From Alphaproteobacteria bacterium (GTDB taxonomy: Bacteria; Pseudomonadota; Alphaproteobacteria; JAWKYA01): a DNA stretch of 64,000 bases. A program made the translations under genes and the position numbers. The notes under the pieces were generated by a model. It was given only the letters and a program-made list of their open reading frames with translations, searched no databases and was not told where the DNA came from. Position 1 is the stretch's first letter. Every line of letters starts with the position of its first letter. The DNA is taken from positions 52,650-116,649 of the forward strand of contig JAWKYA010000002.1 of NCBI GenBank assembly GCA_041396725.1, read 5' to 3'. This document shows positions 42,124 to 52,542 of the stretch, piece after piece.

Positions 42124-43299
42124 TCAGCTTCGATGAGGATTGGTCATAGGTGATTTTGTTAATTGACCTGGGATAAGGTGATGATAAAGATCCAAGGTCT
42201 GTTCAATAACCCGTGTTGTAGAGAATTCTTGCTCGACAAGGCGGCGCGCGCTGATACCAAGACGATGACGTAAAGATGGATCCTTTGCGAGACGCGCGAG
42301 CGCCGCGGCTAAGGCCTCAGCATCGCCGACTGGAACCAACAGCCCTGTCTCATCAGAGTGACAGATCTCTCGACACCCTGGTGCATCAGTCGCGACTATG
42401 GGTCGACCACAACTTGCCGCTTCTAGTAAAGCTTTCGGCAAGCCCTCTCGATAAGATGGTAGGACAGCGATAGCAGCCTCTTTCCAAATGGCACTGACAT
42501 CTTGGCGTGGACCAAGCCAAGATATGATACCTTCTTTCGTCCATGCTTCGAGCATCCGAGATGAAATCGCCGCTGGATTTGCAGGATCCGTTGGTCCCAC
42601 TAGATAAATCTTAAGGTTAACACCTTGATCGCGTAACATTCGCGCAGCTTCAACCGTTTCATAAATGCCTTTATCACTCAGCATACGAGCGACAAGCGCA
42701 GCGATAGGTGGGCCCTCAGGCAAGGGCATAAACGGAAATTCATCAAGATCGACTCCTGATCCTCGTATTAACCTAATCCGATCGTGATGCAGTAACCCAT
42801 TTTGCAGAAGGGTCGCATGATCATCCTTGTTTTGAAGAATAAGGGTCGTTCGCGGACGATTGAGCGCAAAGCTGAGCAATCTATAAATTAACCAGCTTAA
42901 TCTGCTTTTAGGACTAATAAAGAAATAGCCAAGACCCGTGACCGCGTTAATGACCTGAGGGCGTACACCCCAAAATCCTACCACCCATGCCGACAGAGAG
43001 CCTAACAGAATAGGTTTGATCGCAACGTGATGAACTAGATCAGGGCGCCAGCGATAATAAAGGACCGCTAATTGAAAGACTGTTCGGAGCTCTTGAAAAG
43101 GATTTTGACCTCCCCTCTCCCACTTTAAGGGGAGGATTTTGAAGCCCTCGGCAGCAATTGCCGCGTGATGATGGGAAAACCGCGTTGCGATGAGAACCTC
43201 AGCTCCAGCATCACGGGCTGCCCGAGCGATCGGTAAGCGATGGGAGAGAAAATACCAATCCTCAGTGACTAGAAAAAGAAGGCGGGGCTTGCGAGTCAT
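42124..43299 (-). CDS. glycosyltransferase family 1 (GT4-like, GT-B fold)
   Basis: C-terminal EGLPKALLEAASCGRPIVATDAPGCREI...ETGLLV motif (E-x7-E-like) typical of GT1/GT4 enzymes. Confidence 0.8.
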   Translation of the reverse strand: MTRKPRLLFLVTEDWYFLSHRLPIARAARDAGAEVLIATRFSHHHAAIAAEGFKILPLKWERGGQNPFQELRTVFQLAVLYYRWRPDLVHHVAIKPILLGSLSAWVVGFWGVRPQVINAVTGLGYFFISPKSRLSWLIYRLLSFALNRPRTTLILQNKDDHATLLQNGLLHHDRIRLIRGSGVDLDEFPFMPLPEGPPIAALVARMLSDKGIYETVEAARMLRDQGVNLKIYLVGPTDPANPAAISSRMLEAWTKEGIISWLGPRQDVSAIWKEAAIAVLPSYREGLPKALLEAASCGRPIVATDAPGCREICHSDETGLLVPVGDAEALAAALARLAKDPSLRHRLGISARRLVEQEFSTTRVIEQTLDLYHHLIPGQLTKSPMTNPHRS

Positions 43300-43385
43300 T
43301 CCTTACTTTAACGTGAATGCTAGAATTGGTCATCCTGTACGATTCGCCCCTTGGCCTTTATCCTTATTCCAGCCTAAATTGCCTC

Positions 43386-46300
43386 ATGACCTTTATTGAC
43401 CAGACCTTTCCTGCCGCTTCACCCGAACGCAACACCCTCCGCAAAGCTCTATATATGGACGAAGCGGCGGCGTTGCGTCAGTTGGTTAATTCTATTGATC
43501 TATCGAGTGAGGTTCTTCATCGGATCGAAGCCAGGGCTATTTCTTTCGTAAAGAAAATTCGGGAGACCGAAGCCGAGCGCAGTGGAATTGATAGCCTTTT
43601 ACAAGAGTTCGCCCTATCGACGGATGAGGGTATCGCTTTGATGTGTCTTGCTGAAGCCTTGCTGCGCATTCCTGACAGCACCACAGCCGATAAACTTATT
43701 AAGGATAAGGTTGCTACGGCCGATTGGGAAAAACATCTCGGTCAATCAGACAAGCTCTTGGTGAATGCCTCTGCCTGGACGTTGATGCTGACGGGGAAAG
43801 TCTTGCGGCTTGATAACAATGCCTCCAACGATATGGATCGGGCCTTGCGGCGCATTGTCACTCGCTCGGGTGAGCCTGTCATTCGCCAAGCGATCACCCA
43901 AGCTATGCGCATCCTTGGCCGCCAATTTGTTATGGGGCGCACAATAGACGAAGCTTTGGAGCGCGCTAAAACCCTGGAGGCGAGAGGATACCGTTATTCC
44001 TATGATATGCTTGGCGAAGCGGCGCGTACCATGGCAGATGCAGATCGGTATTTTGAATCCTATCGCCAGGCTATCGTGTCAATTGCCAAGGCCAGCCATG
44101 GGCGCGGCCCGATCGAAGGCCCAGGCATCTCTGTGAAACTATCGGCGCTTCATCCTCGATATGAGTTTGCGCAAAAGCAACGCGTTATCGATGAACTCAC
44201 ACCACGTCTCATCAGCTTAGCCCGGCAAGCCGCAGCAGCGAATATCGGCTTTTGTGTCGACGCCGAAGAAGCAGAGCGACTTGATCTTTCCCTTGATCTT
44301 ATTAAAGCGACAGCTCTTGATTCCAGCCTTGGTTCTTGGCAGGGATTCGGTCTTGCCGTCCAGGCTTATCAGAAACGTGCGCCTTACGTAATCGATTGGC
44401 TTATCGCCTTGGCTCGGGAGGCGAAGCGACCTCTCTGTGTACGGCTTGTCAAAGGTGCCTATTGGGATACCGAGATTAAACAAGCTCAGGTTAATAGCTT
44501 ACCAAGCTATCCCGTTTTTACCCGTAAAGTGGCGACGGACGTTTCGTATCTTGCTTGCGCACAGCGTCTCCTGGGGGCAGGCGATCTGATTTTTCCGCAA
44601 TTCGCCACCCATAATGCCCATACTCTGTCCGCAATCCTAGAATTTGCCAATGCCCATCGTGACTACGAATTTCAGCGCCTACATGGCATGGGCGAGTCGC
44701 TTTACGAACAAATTGTCGATACCGATAAGTTAAATAGATCGTGTCGTATCTATGCCCCGGTTGGCAGTCACGAAGATCTTCTTGCCTATCTTGTGCGGCG
44801 TCTTCTAGAGAATGGAGCCAATACCAGTTTTGTTAATCGCATTGCCCATGCCGAGCTCCCGATCGAGCGTTTGGTGGAAGATCCGATTCAGCGCATTCAT
44901 AATCTTGATTACGCGCCGCATCCGCGCATTCCTTTACCATCGCGGCTTTACGGGGATGAGCGTCGCAATTCCAAAGGTCTTGATCTTAATGATCCTCTGA
45001 CTGTAGAGACCTTAGCCCAAGATATGGCTGTTATATGGGAAAATCGCCATTGGGATAGCCATGATACTCCTACCCACGGAACGATCGATTCAATCCATGA
45101 TCCTACGGACACGCGGCGCATCGTCGGAAAAGTAATACCCGCAACAATAGATGATGTTCATACTGCTGTTACAAAAGCTGCTGCCGCCCAGCCAGAATGG
45201 AATGAGCGCGGCGCTGAAGCTCGGGCATTAATTCTCGACCGCATTGCTGATCTTTATGAATCACATATGGTTGAGTTGATGACCTTGGCGGTGCGTGAAG
45301 CGGGTAAGACGCTTCCCGATGCTATCGCCGAAGTTCGTGAAGCCGTTGACTTCTGTCGCTATTATGCACTGCGCGCCCGCACCGATTTTACCAAACCTGA
45401 GCTCATGCCTGGCCCTACAGGTGAGCGGAATACTCTCTCTCTTCAAGGTCGTGGCGCTTTTGTTTGTATCAGCCCATGGAATTTCCCCTTAGCGATTTTT
45501 ACGGGGCAAATCGCCGCCGCCTTAGCTGCAGGAAATACGGTCTTAGCAAAACCAGCCGAGCAGACACCTCTCATTGCAGGTCGCGCCGTCGCCCTTATGT
45601 ATAAAGCTGGTATTCCAAAAGAAGTTCTGCATTTACTGCCCGGATCAGGGGAAGATGTGGGCGCACCATTGGTCCGCGATCCGCGGATTGCCGGTGTTGC
45701 CTTCACAGGATCAACGCAAACCGCTTGGAATATTGCCGAAGCCCTTGCGCAGCGCCAAGGACCGATTATTCCCTTTATTGCCGAGACCGGGGGACAGAAT
45801 GCGATGATCGTTGATAGTTCGGCTCTGCCCGAACAAGTTGTTGCTGATGTCGTGACCTCAGCCTTCCGCAGTACTGGACAAAGATGCTCGGCTCTACGGG
45901 TTCTGTTTTTGCAAGAGGATATTGCTGACCATATCGAAACCATGCTGGCTGGCGCTATGGCTGAGCTTGTTGTCGGCGATCCTGGACACTTAGCAACGGA
46001 TGTTGGCCCTGTGATCGATAAGGATGCCCAGGAGGCTTTAAGCAGACATCTTGATTGGCTCGCCGCTCATGGTCGCCTGATCGCGCAAACACCTTTACCA
46101 GATTCGGCCGAGCACGGCTGGTTCGTAGCACCTACCGCCTATGCGATCGATCGTATCGATCAGTTAACCCAAGAAAATTTTGGTCCTATCCTGCATGTTA
46201 TCCGTTATCGGGGGGATCAGCTCAACGACATCATTCATGACATCAATGCAACAGGCTATGGTCTTACCCTTGGCATTCATACGCGCATCGACAGCGCCGC

Positions 46301-46529
46301 TCACTACATCGCAAGCCGTGTACATGTCGGCAATATTTACGTTAATCGCACCATAATCGGCGCCACCGTCGGCGTTCAGCCCTTCGGAGGCGAAGGTCTA
46401 TCCGGCACCGGTCCGAAAGCAGGTGGCCCCCATTATCTGCCCCGATTTGCAACCGAACGCACCCTCAGCATCAATACCGCAGCCGCTGGCGGAAATGCGT
46501 CGCTTCTGGCTTTAAGCGAAGAACCCTAA
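43386..46529 (+). CDS. putA: bifunctional proline dehydrogenase / L-glutamate gamma-semialdehyde dehydrogenase
   Basis: About 1047 aa. It has a PRODH beta8/alpha8 region, then an ALDH domain (FTGSTQTAW, EAGGQNAM, catalytic Cys in GQRCSALRVLFLQE). The start is at MTFIDQTF inside the longer ORF. Confidence 0.9.
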   Translation: MTFIDQTFPAASPERNTLRKALYMDEAAALRQLVNSIDLSSEVLHRIEARAISFVKKIRETEAERSGIDSLLQEFALSTDEGIALMCLAEALLRIPDSTTADKLIKDKVATADWEKHLGQSDKLLVNASAWTLMLTGKVLRLDNNASNDMDRALRRIVTRSGEPVIRQAITQAMRILGRQFVMGRTIDEALERAKTLEARGYRYSYDMLGEAARTMADADRYFESYRQAIVSIAKASHGRGPIEGPGISVKLSALHPRYEFAQKQRVIDELTPRLISLARQAAAANIGFCVDAEEAERLDLSLDLIKATALDSSLGSWQGFGLAVQAYQKRAPYVIDWLIALAREAKRPLCVRLVKGAYWDTEIKQAQVNSLPSYPVFTRKVATDVSYLACAQRLLGAGDLIFPQFATHNAHTLSAILEFANAHRDYEFQRLHGMGESLYEQIVDTDKLNRSCRIYAPVGSHEDLLAYLVRRLLENGANTSFVNRIAHAELPIERLVEDPIQRIHNLDYAPHPRIPLPSRLYGDERRNSKGLDLNDPLTVETLAQDMAVIWENRHWDSHDTPTHGTIDSIHDPTDTRRIVGKVIPATIDDVHTAVTKAAAAQPEWNERGAEARALILDRIADLYESHMVELMTLAVREAGKTLPDAIAEVREAVDFCRYYALRARTDFTKPELMPGPTGERNTLSLQGRGAFVCISPWNFPLAIFTGQIAAALAAGNTVLAKPAEQTPLIAGRAVALMYKAGIPKEVLHLLPGSGEDVGAPLVRDPRIAGVAFTGSTQTAWNIAEALAQRQGPIIPFIAETGGQNAMIVDSSALPEQVVADVVTSAFRSTGQRCSALRVLFLQEDIADHIETMLAGAMAELVVGDPGHLATDVGPVIDKDAQEALSRHLDWLAAHGRLIAQTPLPDSAEHGWFVAPTAYAIDRIDQLTQENFGPILHVIRYRGDQLNDIIHDINATGYGLTLGIHTRIDSAAHYIASRVHVGNIYVNRTIIGATVGVQPFGGEGLSGTGPKAGGPHYLPRFATERTLSINTAAAGGNASLLALSEEP

Positions 46530-46699
46530 GTTTATAAGGAAAATGGCCTTACTGGTGGGTTCAGGGCTGGTTTTGATAGTTATGAGAATGAGAATGACTT
46601 GCAATTAAGATCTAGGAGCAGTAAATAACTCCTATCTCATCATCCGTGCCTGAAGCTTCGCACTGAGCAAGTCAACTGAGCCTATATCCAGGAGAGCAT

Positions 46700-47704
46700 A
46701 TGATCACGAAGGAACTAAGGTTGGTGAGTCCCACCTTGGAGACTTTTTGCCTCGGCTGCCGCCGCGCAACAGGAAGTCAATATTTATAGCGCCCGGCACT
46801 ATCAAACCGATGAAGCGCCGAGGAGAACTTTGGTCAAGACGACCGGCATCCAAATTAACCGGATCGAAGAGACAGATGATAAATGCACATAGATTGTTTG
46901 CGCGAAGGTGTTAATAGCCCGGGTGATATTTTGATCCTCGTAGACGCAGGCCGACTATGGCAGCGTCGAGGAGGCCGGGCTGTTCCAGCCGGTTCGTTCT
47001 GGAAATCCGGACGAGCGAATTCCTACAAATCTTCGTCATCCTGATGGCTTATGGTTTGATTTTCAACCCGAGCGCAAGCCATATTCTATAACAGGATCGT
47101 AAAATCTGGCGAAGAAAAACTGCGAAGACTTGGCCGATCCTAAACGAGCGTGGCTGGTGCGCCCGCTCAAGTCTGAATGTTTATAATCATATCGTTGATG
47201 GCCGCCATGATCGAGCGTCTGGTGAACAGAAAGCTGAAGCTTGGGCCAAAGCGTAGTCGCCAATTTTGCTCGCGACCTCGAAGGGAGCCGATACGGATCG
47301 CTTTTAGCTGCCGCGATGATAAGCAGTGCGCCATCGTCCTGCACAATCATTATTACTATATGCGCATGGCCAGTCCGGTACGGCCATGGAACGCAAAGCA
47401 ATGACTAAGTTACAAATCGTATGGCCTAATCAAGATCTGTCTGGCACCCACACCAATGTTTCCAGGGGCTGGGGTCTGGCGTACCGCCCCACAAAGAAGC
47501 TGCTATCAAGTTCGGAGTATTTAGCTTCTGATGCGGCGCAAGGCTATTTCTGCCAATGGCAATAATGAATTTCCTGCTGTTGCCAAGGCACTGAATAACC
47601 TTGAGCTCAAGGCACTGGGCTCCTTTAAGGCAGATCCTATCAATGTTGTGGTTTATGGCAAAAATCAATCCAGCAGAATCGGCGATCGTGCAGGATGGAA
47701 ATAA
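46700..47704 (+). pseudogene. fbpA: iron(III) ABC transporter periplasmic binding protein, multiple frameshifts
   Basis: The ATG at 46700 follows an AGGAGAG RBS. Translating across three plus frames recovers FASAAAAQQEVNIYSARHYQTDEA, ...TTGIQINRIEE..., ...ILIL VDAGRLW...(GLFQPV), ...ANGNNEFPAV... and ...INVVVYGKNQSSRIGDRAGWK*, all typical of FbpA/AfuA. No single open frame exists. Confidence 0.7.
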
Positions 47705-47799
47705 CCACCATCCTCCTTATGGTATGCATAGAGAATAACCCCTCGCTATCCATCATAGCGAAATTTTCTAATTAAATAGTCGAGAAGAAATCACCATAC

Positions 47800-49480
47800 C
47801 GACGCCATTACGGGAAATCGTAATAACTGGAAGAAGCCCTACAAACACAATAACCAACGCTGCTGTCGACGTGCCTCCGCCAATCTTTCATCGCTAGCAA
47901 AGCAGTATGCTGCACAGCAAGGGTAGAAAAATTATCAGTTGCAGAATAAGAGCAGCTGGCAATTCTTTCATCGCATCGACAAAGACCAACCCTGCGGCCA
48001 GCACACCGCGCCGCAACAGCGCCAGTGCACTTGGCACAAACTTCGCCACACGCTTGCACCTAAAACGCGTACATCGTTCCATTGCCGACGGAATCTTGGC
48101 AAACCTGCATCGACATTGAACGGCAACCGTAGAAACCGTACCAGATATGCAGCGATCAGAGCACTCCAGCTTCCGCTGAACAAGCCCGGTTGAAATGTTG
48201 ACGCACAAATCCGTCAACTGCGTTATCGATAAAGGCAAAAGGAAGCAGAACTCCAACAGCGATCACTGAGCTCAAATAGCATACCCCAAACTAGTAAAGA
48301 TGCTTCCTATCCTATGTAAGCCTTGAGGATAAAGTCGCCGCCCGTATACCAAAAGCGTCGCAATCACGACGGCAAGACTTGTCGTTATCGTCGCAAGACG
48401 CAGGCTGTTCCCAATGAGAGCAAAATAGCGCGGACCAAGTTCCCGTCTCCCACAAGTGAAAGCTAGACGCAACAAACGTGACCGGTAACAGAAATCCTAG
48501 GAAGACAGGAAAGAAAGCATGATTGCGCTCCCATTGCCTTCGCTCCCGCAGGGTTTTACCAACCACTTCAGTGTGACGGCGCATTACTATGAAACCGGCG
48601 GTGACCACGAGCCCAACGTTCCCAAAAATAAGTACATACGTGAATAAAAAGGAAGGAGGAAAAGTCTTGGCCGACGCAATATGATCCCCCTCATGGAAAA
48701 CCACGCGCGATATACGCCAACGGTTAAAGTTGGGATACCGAAGTAAGAAACGACCCCATAGTCTGCTAAGGTCTCCATTGCGACCAAGGCTAAGCCTGCC
48801 ACCAAGGCCGGCCGCGCCAAGGGTAAGGCAATGCGGAAGAAACTTCGCCACGGTGTCCGGCTTAGGGTACGGGCAACTTCGAGAGCCGAAGCTGATTGAT
48901 CGAGAAATGCCGCGCGCGCGATTAGATAAACATACGGATAAAGCGCTACTGTAAAAATGAGAATAGCACCACCCAGAGAGCGGATATCGGGAAACCAGTA
49001 ATCCTGTACTGCCCAACCCGTTGCATCGCGCAGCATCGTCTGCACGACACCTGCCGATTGAAAGAAATTAGCATAGGCATAAGCCATGATATAGGCAGGA
49101 ACAGCGAGAGGTAAAACCAAAGCCCATTCAAAAATCCGAACACCAGGGAATCGGAAAGAGACCACTAGCCAGGCGGCGCCGACACCAACAACATAGCTCC
49201 CCCCTATAACACCTATGAGAAGTACAATGCTGTTAATAATATAGTCAGCAAGAACGGTATGAGTTAGATGGAGGAGCGTGCCTTGATCCGTCCGTAGCAA
49301 GTTGGTGAGGACGGTTAAAATTGGAATTGAAAATAAGATAATGATCAAGACAGGCACAACAGCCAGTATCATGCGTGATACGCCGTAAGATCTTATCCTT
49401 AGGCGCGCAGGAATGGGGGCTGAGGTTGTTGTCATTAATGAAAAAACACTACTAAAACCATGCCAAGAAGCTAATGCCAA
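47800..49480 (-). pseudogene. fbpB: iron(III)/FbpB-type two-domain ABC transporter permease, frameshifted
   Basis: ORF 48587-49480 is the N-terminal permease domain. Fragments in other frames at 48312-49016, 48272-48475 and 47894-48256 (ending ...VFVDAMKELPAALIL, the conserved permease C-terminal motif) represent the second domain. Confidence 0.6.
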
Positions 49481-49568
49481 TAGAGAGCAACGACAAGACC
49501 GCGCTTTACTGGAAACTTACATAATCCTCGTCAAGATCTATGGGTTAACTTAGAATTGAGTTTATTTT

Positions 49569-50372
49569 ATGGGAAAACGCGTGGTTTTGACGCTTACCCT
49601 TCTGGCACTCCTTGCTTACGCTGGTGCTGTTCTTGTGGCCTATAGCTTCCAGCGTCAACTTTTATACTGGCCAAACCGCACCATTACTCTTGATGCTCCT
49701 GGCTACACACGTCTCGCGATAAAAACCGAGGATGGGATTTCGCTTGTGGGGTGGTACGCACCGCCAACAACATTGTCCATAACAATTCTTTTCTTTCACG
49801 GTAATGCTGGAAGCCCTCTTCTTCCTGGGCGGCTCGATAAAATCGCAACCTATCGGGATTTAGGTTATGGCATTTATATAGCGAGTTACCGCGGCTGGAA
49901 TGGCAATCCTGGCACACCCAGCGAAGAAGGATTATACGCCGATGCACGCGCGGCCGTGATGGCTTTAAAGCAACAAGGAGTTCTGCCACAGAACATCATT
50001 GTTAATGGCGAGTCTTTAGGCACGGGTGTGGCCATTCACATCGCGCTTGAATTTCCTTTCAAAGCACTCATTTTAGAAAATCCCTATACATCTATTCCCG
50101 CGGTTGCGCAAAATCATTACAAGTTTCTCCCTGCCTATTGGTTAGTCAAAGATCGTTTCGATAACCTTACGAAAATTACTAAGATTACGGTACCTACGCT
50201 TATTTTAAGCGCTCAAAATGATACGACCGTCCCACCGGCCATGGGTCAAACCCTAGCCGCTGCCAATACCCGCTGGGTAAAGTCTGTTATTCTTGAGGGG
50301 GCTGAACATAATAATCTCTATCATTATGGCGCCTTCGCTGCGGTCCACTCCTTCTTGAAATCCTTACCTTAA
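49569..50372 (+). CDS. alpha/beta hydrolase (S33/BAAT-like) with N-terminal membrane anchor
   Basis: HGNAG oxyanion region, nucleophile elbow GESLGTG, and a C-terminal His (AEHNN). Confidence 0.75.
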   Translation: MGKRVVLTLTLLALLAYAGAVLVAYSFQRQLLYWPNRTITLDAPGYTRLAIKTEDGISLVGWYAPPTTLSITILFFHGNAGSPLLPGRLDKIATYRDLGYGIYIASYRGWNGNPGTPSEEGLYADARAAVMALKQQGVLPQNIIVNGESLGTGVAIHIALEFPFKALILENPYTSIPAVAQNHYKFLPAYWLVKDRFDNLTKITKITVPTLILSAQNDTTVPPAMGQTLAAANTRWVKSVILEGAEHNNLYHYGAFAAVHSFLKSLP

Positions 50373-50451
50373 ACTCTCTATAAATCTCCTGGGTTGGCGA
50401 CGTACCTTCGGCCCACTAAGATCCATTATCTTTTCTCTCACGGGTTAGGCC

Positions 50452-52524
50452 ATGCCCTTCGGTACCACCAAGTCAGAAATCTTGAGATCGACCTGTCCTC
50501 ATGATTGTCCCTCGGTCTGCGCACTGGAAGTCGAACGACTAGATGCACAGCGGATCGGTAAAGTCCGAGGTGCGAAGACCATGCCTTATACTGCAGGGGT
50601 GATTTGTGCCAAGGTGGCACGCTATGCTGAACGCGTCCATCATCCCGCACGCCTTAGAACCCCGTTGCGCCGCATTGGACTTAAGGGCTGTGGTCCCGAA
50701 GGGTTTATACCTTTGTCATGGGATGATGCCTTGGACGAAATAGCCGAACAGTTCACCAAGGCTGCACAACGTTATGGCACGGAAACTGTGTGGCCGTTTT
50801 TCTATGCGGGAACCATGGGTCTGGTTCAACGTGACGGGATCGAGCGCTTACGACACGTCATGCGTTATTCGCAACAGCATTCGACGTATTGCGTTGCGCT
50901 CTCTAATGCTGGATGGGCTGCTGGCGTGGGTGATAGGCGTGGCGTCAATGCGCTTGAGATACCTGAGAGCGATCTTATCGTCATTTGGGGTGGCAATCCT
51001 GTGAATACCCAGGTCAATGTCATGACCTTGGTTGCAAAAGCTCAACGTCGAGGCGCTAAACTTGTGGTCATCGATCCTTACCGTACAGGCACTGCTGAGC
51101 AGGCCGATATGCACCTTGCGGTGCGACCTGGAACCGATGCTGCTCTTGCTTGCGCCGTCATGCATATTGCCTTTCGCGAGGGTCGGGCCGATCGCGCCTA
51201 TATGGCAAAATATACCGACGACCCCGCTGCCCTCGAAGCCCATGTCGCCACCCGAGATCCGAAATGGGCTGCCAAGATTACCGGCCTTGCCCCAAAAGAT
51301 ATCGAGGCCTTTGCCGATCTTTATACCCGCACCGCCAAAAGCTTTATCCGTATTGGCTATGGTTTCTCACGATCCAGGAACGGAGCACAGCAACTCCACG
51401 CCGTGTCATGCCTCCCCGCCGTAACCGGCGCTTGGCAACACCGGGGTGGTGGTGCCCTTTATTCCCAAAGCGGACTTTATGGGTTGAATATGTCATTGAT
51501 TAAGGGGCTCGACGCTCTCGATCCTACAACCCGCATTCTTGACCAGTCACGCATCGGATCCATCCTTTGCGGGAATAAAGATGATCTCGGTGCTGGGCCG
51601 CCGGTTACGGCTCTGCTGATCCAGAATACCAATCCGATGGTGGTTGCTCCCGATACCCATGCTGTTAAGCGAGGGTTTATGCGCAACGATCTTTTCACTT
51701 GCGTGCATGAACAGTTTCTGACGGATACGGCGCGGATGGCGGATATCGTTCTTCCCGCTACGACTTTTCTCGAACATGATGATTTCTATGTCGGGAGTGG
51801 TCATACCTATCTTCAAGTAGCCAAGGCGATCATCGCACCTTACGCGGAATGCCGCTCTAATCACGACGTCATTTGCACTCTAGCGAAACGCCTCGGCGCC
51901 ACCCACCCCGGCTTCTCCATGACCAGCTGGGAACTCTTGAATCAGACTCTACTAACCTCCGGTTACCCCTCGGCGGAAGAGATTCATGCCATGGGTTGGT
52001 ATGATCGCGCCGTTCCTGAGGATGAAGCGCATTTTCGCAACGGATTTGCCCACAAAGACGGTAAATTTCGTTTTAAAGCGGATTGGCGAGCGCTAGGTGC
52101 TAACAGCGTTGGGTTGTCTGCCTTACCAGATCATGTAGCGCTCATCGATGCGCCAACACCCGAACACCCCTTCCGTCTGGTAGCAGCCCCAGCGCGCACC
52201 TTCCTGAATACAAGTTTTACCGAAACCCCAGGATCTCAGGCACGAGAACGGCGGCCAACTGCAAAAATCCATCCTCAAGATTGTGATCATCTAGGCCTCA
52301 AACCCGATAGTCTGGTACGGATTGGCAATCATCAGGGGAGTATACTTATCCACATTCAGCCGAGCGAGGGTCAGCAACCTGGGGTTGTTGTTATCGAAAG
52401 TCTTTGGCCTAATGATGCTTTTATCGAAAAAATTGGGGTAAACTCGCTGATCAGTGCAGACCCTGGCCGACCAAACGGCGGGGGCGTTTTCCATGACACA
52501 GCCGTTTGGCTAAGAGCGGTATAA
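50452..52524 (+). CDS. molybdopterin-dependent oxidoreductase, MopB superfamily (N-terminal 4Fe-4S site)
   Basis: Contains CPHDCPSVC...C cluster-binding cysteines, molybdopterin-binding regions, and a C-terminal MopB_CT beta-barrel pattern, in 690 aa. The substrate is unknown. Confidence 0.8.
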   Translation: MPFGTTKSEILRSTCPHDCPSVCALEVERLDAQRIGKVRGAKTMPYTAGVICAKVARYAERVHHPARLRTPLRRIGLKGCGPEGFIPLSWDDALDEIAEQFTKAAQRYGTETVWPFFYAGTMGLVQRDGIERLRHVMRYSQQHSTYCVALSNAGWAAGVGDRRGVNALEIPESDLIVIWGGNPVNTQVNVMTLVAKAQRRGAKLVVIDPYRTGTAEQADMHLAVRPGTDAALACAVMHIAFREGRADRAYMAKYTDDPAALEAHVATRDPKWAAKITGLAPKDIEAFADLYTRTAKSFIRIGYGFSRSRNGAQQLHAVSCLPAVTGAWQHRGGGALYSQSGLYGLNMSLIKGLDALDPTTRILDQSRIGSILCGNKDDLGAGPPVTALLIQNTNPMVVAPDTHAVKRGFMRNDLFTCVHEQFLTDTARMADIVLPATTFLEHDDFYVGSGHTYLQVAKAIIAPYAECRSNHDVICTLAKRLGATHPGFSMTSWELLNQTLLTSGYPSAEEIHAMGWYDRAVPEDEAHFRNGFAHKDGKFRFKADWRALGANSVGLSALPDHVALIDAPTPEHPFRLVAAPARTFLNTSFTETPGSQARERRPTAKIHPQDCDHLGLKPDSLVRIGNHQGSILIHIQPSEGQQPGVVVIESLWPNDAFIEKIGVNSLISADPGRPNGGGVFHDTAVWLRAV

Positions 52525-52542
52525 TTCAAGAGAACCAATATA

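Noticed and set aside
50848-51864. Several minus-strand ORFs of 105-131 aa inside the MopB oxidoreductase gene
   Set aside because: They are antisense shadow ORFs within a well-supported 690-aa coding region, and they have no recognisable domains.
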